Shown here piece by piece: positions 45,987 through 54,559 of a DNA stretch of 64,000 nucleotides (its first letter is position 1; each line of letters begins with the position of its first letter). The stretch is from contig CAWEAD010000005.1 of the NCBI GenBank assembly GCA_963807225.1, positions 646,893-710,892 of the forward strand, given 5' to 3'. The notes under the pieces are model-generated. The model did no database searches and was not told the origin of the DNA. It saw only the letters and a list, made by a program, of their open reading frames with translations. The position numbers and the translations under genes were made by a program. The stretch comes from an uncultured delta proteobacterium (GTDB lineage Bacteria; Desulfobacterota; Desulfobulbia; Desulfobulbales; JAGXFP01).

Positions 45987-46727
45987 TCAATAAAGCAGAC
46001 AAGCAAAGAAAACCACGGTCAGAGTCTCGCCGATCTCGCAGGCCGCCCCCAGGGTATCGCCGGTGGCGCCGCCGATTTTGGCGTAACAGTAATAGCAAAG
46101 CGGCAGGAGCAGAACCAGGGTATCGCAGACACTGAGCAGCCCGACGCTTCCCGCCGTCAGCCAGGCGCCAACCCCGAGAACGACGATACCGACCAGGGCC
46201 GCCGGCCACTTCCGGCCGCGATAAAAAACCGTGGCCAGCCCGCCCTGGGGCCGGGCGTAAGGCAGCAGGGCCAGCATCAGGAGGATCGCCACCCGGCCGG
46301 CCAGCGGCATCAGGATCAAGACCCGCCAGAGTTCACCGGCCCGCAAGGAGGCAAGCGCCGCCCCTTTCAGCCCCAGCAGCAGCACCAGGACCACGACCCC
46401 ATGCGAACCGACCCGGCTGTCCCGCATGATCTCCAGCATCCGTTCCCGTGAACGGGCCGAAAAGAAACCGTCACCGCAATCGGCCACCCCGTCCAGGTGC
46501 AGCCCCCCGGACCAGGCCACCAGCAACGCCAGCGCCAGCACCGCCGCCACCAGACGGGGCAGATGCGGCCCAACCAGATAGAAGACCCCACCGCTGATGC
46601 CGCCCAGAAGCAGGCCGACCAAGGGAAAATACCAGAGAGAACCGGCCAGGTCGGCGGACGAATGGCCACGCCGGCCGGGAATCGGGATGACGGTCAGGAA
46701 GCGGAGTGCGGCGAAGAATCCATTCAT
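45987..46727 (-). CDS. cobS: Adenosylcobinamide-GDP ribazoletransferase (cobalamin synthase)
   Basis: 246 aa membrane protein. Begins MNGFFAALRFLTVIPIPG and contains ...DGVADCGDGFF. Confidence 0.85.
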   Translation of the reverse strand: MNGFFAALRFLTVIPIPGRRGHSSADLAGSLWYFPLVGLLLGGISGGVFYLVGPHLPRLVAAVLALALLVAWSGGLHLDGVADCGDGFFSARSRERMLEIMRDSRVGSHGVVVLVLLLGLKGAALASLRAGELWRVLILMPLAGRVAILLMLALLPYARPQGGLATVFYRGRKWPAALVGIVVLGVGAWLTAGSVGLLSVCDTLVLLLPLCYYCYAKIGGATGDTLGAACEIGETLTVVFFACLLY

Positions 46728-46733
46728 ATTCTC

Positions 46734-47009
46734 CTACATCCCTACCGTGAACATGGCTTCGAGGTCATGCCGGGAATACGCTTTAAAAGCCAGCATGGTT
46801 TCGGATTTTATAATAGCATCGATGCTGAGCATTCTTTTAGTAACCAGTTCTGCCAGATCATCGTTCGATTTGACCCGGACAATGGCGATCAAATCATAAT
46901 TTCCGCTCACCGAATAGACTTCGGATACTCCTTCCATTTCAGCCAACAGCTCAGCCACTTCGTTAATCTTTGTTCTTTCGGTATTTATGAGAATAATTGA
47001 GGTGACCAT
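46734..47009 (-). CDS. Stand-alone Lrp/AsnC ligand-binding (RAM) domain protein
   Basis: Contains ...VSEVYSVSGNYDLIAIVRVKSNDDLAELV. ATG 47009 lies 5 nt after AAGGAG and is preferred over GTG 47015. Confidence 0.7.
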   Translation of the reverse strand: MVTSIILINTERTKINEVAELLAEMEGVSEVYSVSGNYDLIAIVRVKSNDDLAELVTKRMLSIDAIIKSETMLAFKAYSRHDLEAMFTVGM

Positions 47010-47064
47010 ATTCACTCCTTCTAGCTTTGTTCAGTATTACTTAACATTATTTACCTACCTACCG

Positions 47065-47520
47065 TTAGACAATGTATCTGACCATCTCAGGGGCCATGGC
47101 GATGAGCAGTTTTGCCTCTTCCGAGCTTGGCTCGATCAGGGTGAAATCCGCAAACTCGAAGCCGGGGGCAACCGAGCAGCCCACCAGGACTTCATCCGAA
47201 ATCGGTTCCGCCGCCTGCCAGGTGCCGGCCGGCACGACCTGGCAAAAGCGGTTGTGGTCGGCCGACAGGGTAACGCATGTCGGCCGAGCGTCGGTCCCGT
47301 CCCAGATGTACAGGTTGAGCCCCGCTCCCCGATACAGATTCCAGACCTCGTCCGAGGTAACTCGATGAAACCGGCTCACTTCTCCCGGCTTCAGGGAGAA
47401 GTAGATGTGGGTCAGGGCCGACCGGGTATCGCCCTCCGGCGTGGTTACATTCCGGGCGGACCGGAATACCTCGCGGAACCGACCGCCCTCCGGATGCTCG
47501 CCGAGATCGACTGGTTTCAT
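47065..47520 (-). CDS. Cupin-fold protein (DUF985-like)
   Basis: Contains HPEGGRFREVFRS...THIYFSLKPGEVSRFHRVTSDEVWNLYRG. ATG 47520 is preferred over TTG 47541. Confidence 0.65.
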   Translation of the reverse strand: MKPVDLGEHPEGGRFREVFRSARNVTTPEGDTRSALTHIYFSLKPGEVSRFHRVTSDEVWNLYRGAGLNLYIWDGTDARPTCVTLSADHNRFCQVVPAGTWQAAEPISDEVLVGCSVAPGFEFADFTLIEPSSEEAKLLIAMAPEMVRYIV

Positions 47521-47553
47521 GTCCACAGCCTCAGCAATCAAGGGATTTGCCCA

Positions 47554-47949
47554 TCAGAACCGGGGGGCTCGGTCTCCCCGCAGGTAGCGGAAGAGGTCGA
47601 TGATATCGATCAGCAGGGACAAGGTGTCCATGGCCATCAAAGCGAGAATCCACCAGTAGAAAATTGTGCCGGCGGGAAGGTGATCAAGCCTGAAACCCAG
47701 CCAGATCAGCATGGGAAACCACACAAAATGGCCTATGCCTACAAGCCGGACGTAACCCAGTCTGGCGTGCAGGACCGTCATGATCGTGGCGGCCAGGAGC
47801 CCGGTTACCAGCACCACCCAGGCCTCGGGCCGCGGGAGAAAGAAAACCGACGACAGGTTGATCAACGGCAACCCCGCCATCCACGGCCACCACACCTTGG
47901 GCGTTTTGAACATGTTTCCGAGAAAGTCGAACAGGGGTTTCATGAGCAT
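47554..47949 (-). CDS. Small hydrophobic membrane protein (about 4 TM), function unknown
   Basis: A 131-aa ORF with host-like GC. Hydrophobic segments were judged by eye and no family was recognised. Confidence 0.5.
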   Translation of the reverse strand: MLMKPLFDFLGNMFKTPKVWWPWMAGLPLINLSSVFFLPRPEAWVVLVTGLLAATIMTVLHARLGYVRLVGIGHFVWFPMLIWLGFRLDHLPAGTIFYWWILALMAMDTLSLLIDIIDLFRYLRGDRAPRF

Positions 47950-48209
47950 AATCGCACCGAACTTAAGCCTTGAAGAGCCGCTTTTACGCGGTTCAACTCA
48001 CCTGCCAATCTTTCCATGTAAACATCCGCGGCTTGCCCACAGAATGTTTACGTCGGGCCATTTCCTCAAAAATCCTTTTTGGCCCCTAAAATGACGAATT
48101 CAAGGCAAAATATAGCCAATTTGCCATGCCTTTCTTCTTTCATCTCAAGCAGTTGCCTATTAATCAGACCCCGCTTCTCGGTAATCTCGTACAAGGAACC
48201 GTACAATTC

Positions 48210-48689
48210 TTATGGGTGTCCATCTGCGGCACGCTCAAGAGTGGCGATATCGATTTTCACCATCTTCATCATTGCTTCCATCGTTCTCCGAGCCCGCTCC
48301 GGGTCTGGATCTTGAAGCAATTCCTGCAAGCGAACCGGCACGATTTGCCAAGCCAGCCCCCATCTATCCTTGATCCAGCCGCAGGCAATTTCTTTCCCTC
48401 CAGCAAATAGAGCTGCCCACAGTCGATCAACCTCCTCTTGATCGTCACAATGGATCTGAAAGGACACAGCCTCCGTAAAGCTGAACTCGGGTCCGCCGTT
48501 CAGCGCGAGGTATTTCATCCCAGCCAAGTTGAACTCGACCGTAAGCACAGACCCCGCCGGCCCACTGGGAGTGTCGGCAGGCGAACGGAAGACACGCTCG
48601 ATCCGAGAATCCGGTAGCAACGTGACGTAGAAGGAGGCCGCTTCTTCGGCTTCGCCATTAAACCAAAGGCATGGTGTGATCTTTTGCAT
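48210..48689 (-). CDS. VOC-superfamily protein (PhnB / 3-demethylubiquinone-9 3-methyltransferase-domain-like)
   Basis: Begins MQKITPCLWFNGEAEEAASFYVTLLPDSRIE and contains ...GWIKDRWGLAWQIVP. Confidence 0.75.
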   Translation of the reverse strand: MQKITPCLWFNGEAEEAASFYVTLLPDSRIERVFRSPADTPSGPAGSVLTVEFNLAGMKYLALNGGPEFSFTEAVSFQIHCDDQEEVDRLWAALFAGGKEIACGWIKDRWGLAWQIVPVRLQELLQDPDPERARRTMEAMMKMVKIDIATLERAADGHP

Positions 48690-48804
48690 CTTTCCCCCTT
48701 CCCGGAAAGGGTTTCGGGTCTTGGGATTTATGAATAATTAGATTTGTAACCAGCCGGAAATTTTACATTTCCATGGCCGTCACTGACTTACTCCGGCTGC
48801 CGGA

Positions 48805-49251
48805 TTACTTGGGAAAAATTGACGACAACCAATTTTGTGCCGGTAAGACAAATTCCTTGGCCATCTCTCGCAGCAGCGAGATATCATCGAGGTTCTTTCC
48901 TTTGATAAACTCGATTCCAAGGCAAAATGAATTACTCTTCTCGTCATCATCCAGGCGATACCATTTGGGCTGTACCTGGATCGACAAAGTTCTAGAACCT
49001 TCCGGCCAGGCCTTTACCAGGTAAAGGAGGGAAGACTTCTCAGTTGGCTCATAAAAAAGGTGATGGTTGTTGACCCTGATCTTCGGCAAAATCAACCCCG
49101 CACCAAATCGCGATATATCCCGGAGCAAAGCAGCCGACGGTCCGGCAAGGATATTTTCCTCCCGGTTGTCATATAGAACCAGTTCTACCTGTAACCCGGC
49201 GTCACTCCGTTCTACCCGACGTTTATCTTTGTTGGTTTTGTCAGAAGCCAT
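48805..49251 (-). CDS. PilZ-domain protein (putative c-di-GMP receptor)
   Basis: 148 aa. Has the RxxxR motif (KRRVERS) and the DxSxxG motif (DISRFGAG). Lies in the AT-richer segment. Confidence 0.65.
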   Translation of the reverse strand: MASDKTNKDKRRVERSDAGLQVELVLYDNREENILAGPSAALLRDISRFGAGLILPKIRVNNHHLFYEPTEKSSLLYLVKAWPEGSRTLSIQVQPKWYRLDDDEKSNSFCLGIEFIKGKNLDDISLLREMAKEFVLPAQNWLSSIFPK

Positions 49252-49372
49252 GGCTAACCTCTGTATCGCTAAGATGACATGTTTGATCTATGAGGCGAAC
49301 GCTTATGCTCACCGGGAAATTGGCCGCAGGACAAATTTTCCGTGTGAAGCCGTTTGTTATGCCTGCATTGAA

Positions 49373-49765
49373 TTATGGTAGTTCCCAGCGAATAAGGTCT
49401 CGCCGGATTTCAACAACACGATCATTATCGAATGAAACTGTGATGGTGTTGTTCCACCAATCAGGGTTAACAACCATAACCCAACTTGGATCATGATTTT
49501 GCACAGGATTTTCGCCAACCTCGAATGGTCGATGAAATTCACTCTTTGGCCATGTATGAATGGCGGTGATAGAGCCTTGCTTTATAAGCTTTTGTGCATT
49601 TTCATATGCTTGATCACGTCCATCACCAGTTCTAAAACCATACGCCTCCCCTGCGGAAACCACAGATACTCCAAAAAAGTTTGAAATTGCATATGTTGAT
49701 AAGGCACAAATAGCAACTACAACCGCTGTGGTTATCCATATTTTTGAGGACCTAGTCATGATCAT
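49373..49765 (-). CDS. Small exported or membrane-anchored protein, function unknown
   Basis: 130 aa with an N-terminal hydrophobic anchor (IWITTAVVVAICALSTYAI). Lies in the low-GC segment. No family was recognised. Confidence 0.5.
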   Translation of the reverse strand: MIMTRSSKIWITTAVVVAICALSTYAISNFFGVSVVSAGEAYGFRTGDGRDQAYENAQKLIKQGSITAIHTWPKSEFHRPFEVGENPVQNHDPSWVMVVNPDWWNNTITVSFDNDRVVEIRRDLIRWELP

Positions 49766-49779
49766 TTATTCACTTAAAT

Positions 49780-49998
49780 TCATTCACTACTTTCCCATTT
49801 TGGCTTCCCACGAAGTCTTGAGAGACCGAGTCCAAAAAAAGCAAAACCGATCGCGATAAATACGACCAAGAAAATAACCCCCACCAAGTCAAGTGTATGA
49901 GGTTCTGATATTGCCATCCCAATTTCAAACAACATTATATAAAAGCCAAATATAGAAACAGCGGCCCAAAGTGTTTTATTAAGGATTTTTCTGATCAT
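49780..49998 (-). CDS. 72-aa two-TM membrane protein, function unknown
   Basis: Two hydrophobic helices (LWAAVSIFGFYIMLFEIGMAI and VGVIFLVVFIAIGFAFFGLGL). Lies 14 nt upstream of the 49765 gene. Confidence 0.45.
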   Translation of the reverse strand: MIRKILNKTLWAAVSIFGFYIMLFEIGMAISEPHTLDLVGVIFLVVFIAIGFAFFGLGLSRLRGKPKWESSE

Positions 49999-50029
49999 AT
50001 TTCAGGACACAACGGCGGGCGTCAGACTC

Positions 50030-50059
50030 AAAATGACCCGCGTCTACGCGGGTCATTTT
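50030..50059 (-). terminator. Intrinsic (potentially bidirectional) terminator overlapping the stop of the ankyrin gene
   Basis: AAAATGACCCGCG-TCTA-CGCGGGTCATTTT is a perfect 13-nt inverted repeat, with a GC-rich 10-bp core and A/T tracts on both sides. Confidence 0.75.
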
Positions 50060-51717
50060 GTAGTTTGCACGCCCTTGTTAGCTTTCTTCAGTAATTTGGC
50101 GATCTTACCGTGACCACATTCGTAGGCGAAATCTACTGCTTTCTTGCCTTCCCTAGTCGCAATGCCGGGATCTGCTCCAGCGCCGAGCAAACGATTGACA
50201 ATCTGGGGATGACCGTCACGAGAGGCGACGATAAGGGCTGTCATGCCGTATATGTCTTGGAGATTCACAGCTGCTTCATGATCTAACAGAATCTGACAGA
50301 TCTCGATATTGCCGTACCGTGCACTGTACATGAGCGGTGTGATTCCGTGAACGTTACCAATATCAGGGTTCGCTCCAGCATCAAGAAGCATACGGGCTAT
50401 TCGAGGGTACCCCTGTGCGGAGGCATAAAGGAGTGGTGTCCATCCTGCCTCTGCTCTCTCGTTGACGTCGGCATGTTTCTTAATTGCCTCTGCAACACCA
50501 GCCTCTTGTCCGCTTTCCACAAATCGATGCAAAAGAGGTCCTGTCTCTTCAACAAAGGCATCAATTACAGCGGCGTTGACTGCGTGCGAGAATACCTTGC
50601 GGAAATTCGCATCCTTTGGATCGGGGTGGTCTCTAATGTACTCTTCGGCATACTTTTCTACGGCTGCAGAGGAAATCGACATCTCCTTCTTGGGATATTC
50701 AGCATCATCAGGCAGAAACAGAACTCTGATCCTCTCGATCTTGCCTCGCTGTTTATGAACTTTGATACCACAGTTCCGCGGATCATTGTTCTCTGGATTA
50801 CCATCCTTTGGATAGAACTGCAGCTGTATTTCCTCCAATTGCTGGACATGGAAGTTGATGGGTGCTCGTGGTTGTCCTGCCGAGTATCTCTTCTGCATTG
50901 CTTGTTGAATGGCCTTCGGTGTGCTATCTGTATGGACGGTGATCTCTTTTGCTGTTTGTTCGCCTCGGTCAATAAGAATATAGGCGTAGTCGTGAAAGTC
51001 ATGGATCTCTTTGAATCGCGCAATGCGATTTGCGTAGGGAATTCGCTTGCCGTTGTCGTCGCGTGCTAGGAACAGTGAGGCCCATACTTCGGAAATCATT
51101 AGTAAGAAAGGAACCAGAACGAGGGCGCTTGCGGCCGGGGTGAGCACTGGGGGCGAGAAGAGCAGCAGAGAATAGTACGCAAGGAGTAGCAATAGAATCA
51201 GAGGTGACCACGAAATGAACTGCGCTCGTGTCGCAGCAGGAATACGCGGAAGACGCAACTGTTTGGATTCCTGAGGACTTCGGATCATGAGAGCAGAAAA
51301 AGCCAAGACCGAGGCAAACATCCCAAGCAGGAATCCTATCGTCACGAACCCAAGATACCACGCAGGCGACACACCTTCGAACCGAGTGTGTTGCGCAATA
51401 ATAGGGTACGAGAGCCACAACGATGCCACCGCCATGAGCCACGTAACGGTTATGCGAACTCCTTGCCAGAAGGAGTCTCGTGCGACGCGTGAAGACTGCT
51501 TCCATTCAACGACCATATAAAGTACTGCGGCTATCAAAAGTAAGGCGACGACAGCGGGAAAGTGTTGGGTATTTCTTGGAGTAATGTTCAGAAAAGGAAG
51601 CTCTTGGTCCGGCGCTAGACCGAGAAAACGCGAGACGATCAAAATGGCGCTGAGCAGCCAAATTGCCCCTTCCGCAACGTAGTATCGCGTGGAGAGTTCT
51701 TTTTCGGTGTCATTCAT
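50053..51717 (-). CDS. Six-TM membrane protein with an unknown central domain and C-terminal ankyrin repeats
   Basis: 554 aa. Four ANK repeats are recognisable (GWTPLLYASAQGYPRIARMLLDAGANPD, GITPLMYSARYGNIEICQILLDHEAAVN, GMTALIVASRDGHPQIVNRLLGAGADP, GKKAVDFAYECGHGKIAKLL). Confidence 0.8.
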   Translation of the reverse strand: MNDTEKELSTRYYVAEGAIWLLSAILIVSRFLGLAPDQELPFLNITPRNTQHFPAVVALLLIAAVLYMVVEWKQSSRVARDSFWQGVRITVTWLMAVASLWLSYPIIAQHTRFEGVSPAWYLGFVTIGFLLGMFASVLAFSALMIRSPQESKQLRLPRIPAATRAQFISWSPLILLLLLAYYSLLLFSPPVLTPAASALVLVPFLLMISEVWASLFLARDDNGKRIPYANRIARFKEIHDFHDYAYILIDRGEQTAKEITVHTDSTPKAIQQAMQKRYSAGQPRAPINFHVQQLEEIQLQFYPKDGNPENNDPRNCGIKVHKQRGKIERIRVLFLPDDAEYPKKEMSISSAAVEKYAEEYIRDHPDPKDANFRKVFSHAVNAAVIDAFVEETGPLLHRFVESGQEAGVAEAIKKHADVNERAEAGWTPLLYASAQGYPRIARMLLDAGANPDIGNVHGITPLMYSARYGNIEICQILLDHEAAVNLQDIYGMTALIVASRDGHPQIVNRLLGAGADPGIATREGKKAVDFAYECGHGKIAKLLKKANKGVQTTK

Positions 51718-52037
51718 AAGAAGCTAACAAGTTATTCAACAGTTTCTGTGTATCTTCCGGATATGGACATATTACCTCAATAAATTTTGTTCCCTGTCAA
51801 CACGGGTGTGGTCCTGCGCCATATCTGCGCATCTCCTAACTGATCTATATCCTTAATAAAATTTCCTGACAACTTCTTTTCTGGCAACCGAGTGCTTTTC
51901 TGCATATCACCCCGAAATGGGTAGATATACAGTTTCCGTATATCTCCCAATGCCAACCGCCCCTGCTTCCCTGACAGGGAAAAATTCGGAAGGATAAAGA
52001 GATTGGAATGCATGGCGCCGATTGCCCATCATTTTTC

Positions 52038-53102
52038 TCACTTATCCGCCGTGGCCACCATGGCCTCCTCGAAGGTGGCCACCTCGGTCAGCACCGCCCG
52101 GGCCGCCGCCACCACGTTCATGGCCAGGGCGGCGCCGGTGCCTTCGCCCAAGCGCAGGTTGAGATCGAGCAGCGGGGTCAGCCCCAGGTGCTCGTGCATG
52201 ATCTTGTGGCCCGGTTCGACGCTGCGGTGGGCGGCGATCAGGTAGTCCCGGCAGGATGGGGCCAGGAGCTGGGCGACCAGCGCCCCGGCGGTGGAGATGA
52301 AACCGTCGATCAGCACCGGTTTTCTTTGCGCCGCCGCGCCCAGGATCAGCCCGGCGATGCCGCCGATCTCGAAGCCGCCGACCTTGGCCAGCACATCGAG
52401 GCCGTCTTCCGGGTTCGGGCGATTGATCGTCAAACCCTTTTTGATCACCGTGATCTTGTGTTCTAGCTGAGCGTTATCCAACCCGGTGCCCCGGCCGGTT
52501 ACCTTTTCCACCGAGGCCCCGGTAATGGCGGCGACGATGGCGGCGCTGGGGGTGGTGTTACCGATGCCCATGTCGCCGGTGCCGAAGAGATCGATTTCCT
52601 TGCCCAGTTCCAGGGCAATCCCGATCCCCGCTTCCAAGGCGGCTATCGCCTGCTCGCGGCTCATGGCCGGGCCGGCTGCCAGGTTGGCGGTGCCCGGGGC
52701 AATCTTGCGATCGATGATTTTGCCGCTCTTGGCCATGACCGAAAGATCGGCGGCCACTCCCATATCGACCACCACCACCCGGGCTCCGGCCTGGTTGGCC
52801 AGGGCGTTGATCCCCGCCCCGCCGTTGACGAAATTGATGACCATCTGCGGGGTGACTTCCTGGGGGAACTTGCTGATTCCCTCGGCCACCACCCCATGGT
52901 CGCCGGCCATCACCACCACCGCCTTGCGCGCCACCTGCGGGGTGAGCGAGCGGGTCATCCCGGCCAGATCCAGGGCCAGGTCCATCAGTCGGCCCAGAGC
53001 CCAATGGGGCATGGTCAGCTGGTCCAGGCGCTGCCGGGCTTTGGCGCGCCACTCCTGATCCTGGGGGGTGATTTCTTTTATGGTCCGGTCGAGCAGGGTC
53101 AT
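52038..53102 (-). CDS. cobT: Nicotinate-nucleotide--dimethylbenzimidazole phosphoribosyltransferase
   Basis: 354 aa. Contains MPHWALGRLMDLALDLAGM, GDHGV, GDMGIGNTT and GEGTGAA. AGGAGAAG precedes the ATG. Confidence 0.9.
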   Translation of the reverse strand: MTLLDRTIKEITPQDQEWRAKARQRLDQLTMPHWALGRLMDLALDLAGMTRSLTPQVARKAVVVMAGDHGVVAEGISKFPQEVTPQMVINFVNGGAGINALANQAGARVVVVDMGVAADLSVMAKSGKIIDRKIAPGTANLAAGPAMSREQAIAALEAGIGIALELGKEIDLFGTGDMGIGNTTPSAAIVAAITGASVEKVTGRGTGLDNAQLEHKITVIKKGLTINRPNPEDGLDVLAKVGGFEIGGIAGLILGAAAQRKPVLIDGFISTAGALVAQLLAPSCRDYLIAAHRSVEPGHKIMHEHLGLTPLLDLNLRLGEGTGAALAMNVVAAARAVLTEVATFEEAMVATADK

Positions 53103-53215
53103 GATTCTTCTCCTGTAGAATGCTTTCGTAATAGATGGAATTCCAGCTGGCGATGGCTATAAGCAAACATTTCGATATCCAGGTAAGCGAACGCCGTGAG
53201 ACTCCGAGGAGTAGT

Positions 53216-53264
53216 GGGCCGCAAAAGCGGAGACATACCTCGGTATGTCGAGCATTTCGCGGCC
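53216..53264. repeat. Family-F hairpin repeat (AAAAGCGGAG-N18-GAGCATTT) in the cobT-cobU spacer
   Basis: AAAAGCGGAG lies at 53223-53232 and GAGCATTT at 53250-53257. The inner stem is GACATACC/GGTATGTC and the outer stem GGCCGC/GCGGCC. The same two motifs occur at 63510-63519 and 63536-63543. Confidence 0.6.
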
Positions 53265-53266
53265 TG

Positions 53267-53833
53267 CTACGACACCGGAGAGCCGAATGTATGCGACGCC
53301 GTCTTGATGGTTTGCGGGATGCCGCAAGTGATCAGATCGACCCGGTTTGCCCCGGCGGCGATTACCTGGTTGCAGCGCCCCGCCAGGTCGCGAAATCGTC
53401 GGGCCAGCGGGTTTTCCGGGACGATCCCGGCGCCGACTTCGTTGGTGACGAAAATCACGGTCCCACTCCGGCCTCGGGTCTCAGTAAGCAACTCCCGGCA
53501 AAGCCCCTCGATCTTATCTTCGCTGAACAGCTCCGGTTCATCGGCCTCGAAGAGCAGATTGGAAATCCACAGGGTCAGGCAGTCGACCAGCACTACCTCC
53601 TCATCCCGATTGGCGGCCAGGGCCTCTTTCAGTTGGATCGGCTCCTCGATGGTGCGCCAGCCCCGATCCCCCCGGTCAAACTGGTGGCGGGCGATCCGCT
53701 CCCGCATTTCGTCGTCGACCACCGGGCTGGTGGCGATAAAGAGCCGGGCGCCGGAACGGGCTTCGGCCAGTTCCTGGGCGTGGCGGCTTTTGCCGCTGCG
53801 GGCGCCGCCGGTGATCAGAATGATTTCCACCAT
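53267..53833 (-). CDS. cobU: Bifunctional adenosylcobinamide kinase / adenosylcobinamide-phosphate guanylyltransferase
   Basis: 188 aa with P-loop ILITGGARSGKS. Confidence 0.88.
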   Translation of the reverse strand: MVEIILITGGARSGKSRHAQELAEARSGARLFIATSPVVDDEMRERIARHQFDRGDRGWRTIEEPIQLKEALAANRDEEVVLVDCLTLWISNLLFEADEPELFSEDKIEGLCRELLTETRGRSGTVIFVTNEVGAGIVPENPLARRFRDLAGRCNQVIAAGANRVDLITCGIPQTIKTASHTFGSPVS

Positions 53834-53843
53834 GTTGTTTACC

Positions 53844-54443
53844 TCACAAGTTTAAGCCGCTCAGCACCCCGCCCTCGGAAAACAGGTCGATGGTCGCCAG
53901 CCGGGCCGGTTTGACGTCGAAGAGCAGATAATGTTGGGGCGGCAGCTTGAGCAGATGACAGAGCAGGGCCCGCACCACCCCACCGTGGGCGACGATCAGG
54001 ATGGTTTGTTCCTCTCTGGCCGCCAGCTTAGCGGCCAACACCCTGGTCCTCTCAAGGAAATCGGCCACCTTCTCGCCCTCCGGAAAAGTGAATTCGGGGT
54101 TCCAGGCCGACCAGCGCTTGACCAGTTCCGAGTCGCCTTCGGCAATTTCATTGAACGACAGGCCTTCCCAGCGCCCGAAATCGATTTCGCGCAGGTCGTA
54201 ATCGACATGGATCTCGCCCAGGTCCAACCGCTCGGCCAGCAGCTCCACGGTCTGGCGCACCCGGAGGAAGGGACTGCAGAAGGTGACGGCCGGAGAGTAG
54301 GGCCGGATAATCTCGGCCAGCCGGGGGGTTTCAACCGTCCCGTCAGCACCGATGGGAAGATCGGTAGCCCCGATGAAGCGACCATGATATTCACGGCCGG
54401 TGGAGGCATGCCGGGCCAGGAGGATTTGCTTGGGTGCCATCAT
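53844..54443 (-). CDS. cobC: Histidine-phosphatase-family protein (alpha-ribazole phosphatase, CobC-like)
   Basis: Has the RHG-type motif LLARHASTG. I place the start at ATG 54443 or 54440. The ORF-track start 54491 lies inside the terminator stem of the riboswitch expression platform. Confidence 0.8.
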   Translation of the reverse strand: MMAPKQILLARHASTGREYHGRFIGATDLPIGADGTVETPRLAEIIRPYSPAVTFCSPFLRVRQTVELLAERLDLGEIHVDYDLREIDFGRWEGLSFNEIAEGDSELVKRWSAWNPEFTFPEGEKVADFLERTRVLAAKLAAREEQTILIVAHGGVVRALLCHLLKLPPQHYLLFDVKPARLATIDLFSEGGVLSGLNL

Positions 54444-54464
54444 TTTCCTTTGTTTAGTGGAAAC

Positions 54465-54501
54465 AAAAAAACCCGGACCGATGACCAGCATCGCTCCGGG
54501 T
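54465..54501 (-). terminator. Intrinsic terminator forming the expression platform of the cobalamin riboswitch
   Basis: The minus strand reads CCCGGAGCGATG-CTGGT-CATCGGTCCGGG followed by TTTTTTT. The stem is 12 positions long with 1 mismatch. Confidence 0.8.
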
Positions 54502-54559
54502 TTATTATAACTTGCCAGATCAACATTAGGCCATCCCGATCCACGCGGGGCGCCTGACG

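Noticed and set aside
48070-48209. An open frame continuing in phase after the TAA stop of the VOC gene (ELYGSLYEITEKRGLINRQLLEMKEERHGKLAIFCLEFVILGAKKDF*), considered as readthrough or a small gene.
   Set aside because: It has no ATG/GTG with a Shine-Dalgarno sequence at its 5' end (only a possible TTG), no known motif and no evidence for a readthrough context. It is most likely chance.
51777-52013. A 78-aa minus-strand ORF in the AT-rich spacer between the ankyrin gene and cobT.
   Set aside because: It has no recognisable motif, no clear ribosome-binding site and lies in a low-complexity AT-rich context. It may be real but cannot be supported from the sequence alone.
54444-54491. A 16-codon N-terminal extension of cobC given by the longest ORF.
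   Set aside because: The upstream ATG is embedded in the stem of the riboswitch terminator and has no Shine-Dalgarno sequence. ATG 54443/54440 follows AAGGA and yields the expected N-terminus just before the RHxxxG motif.
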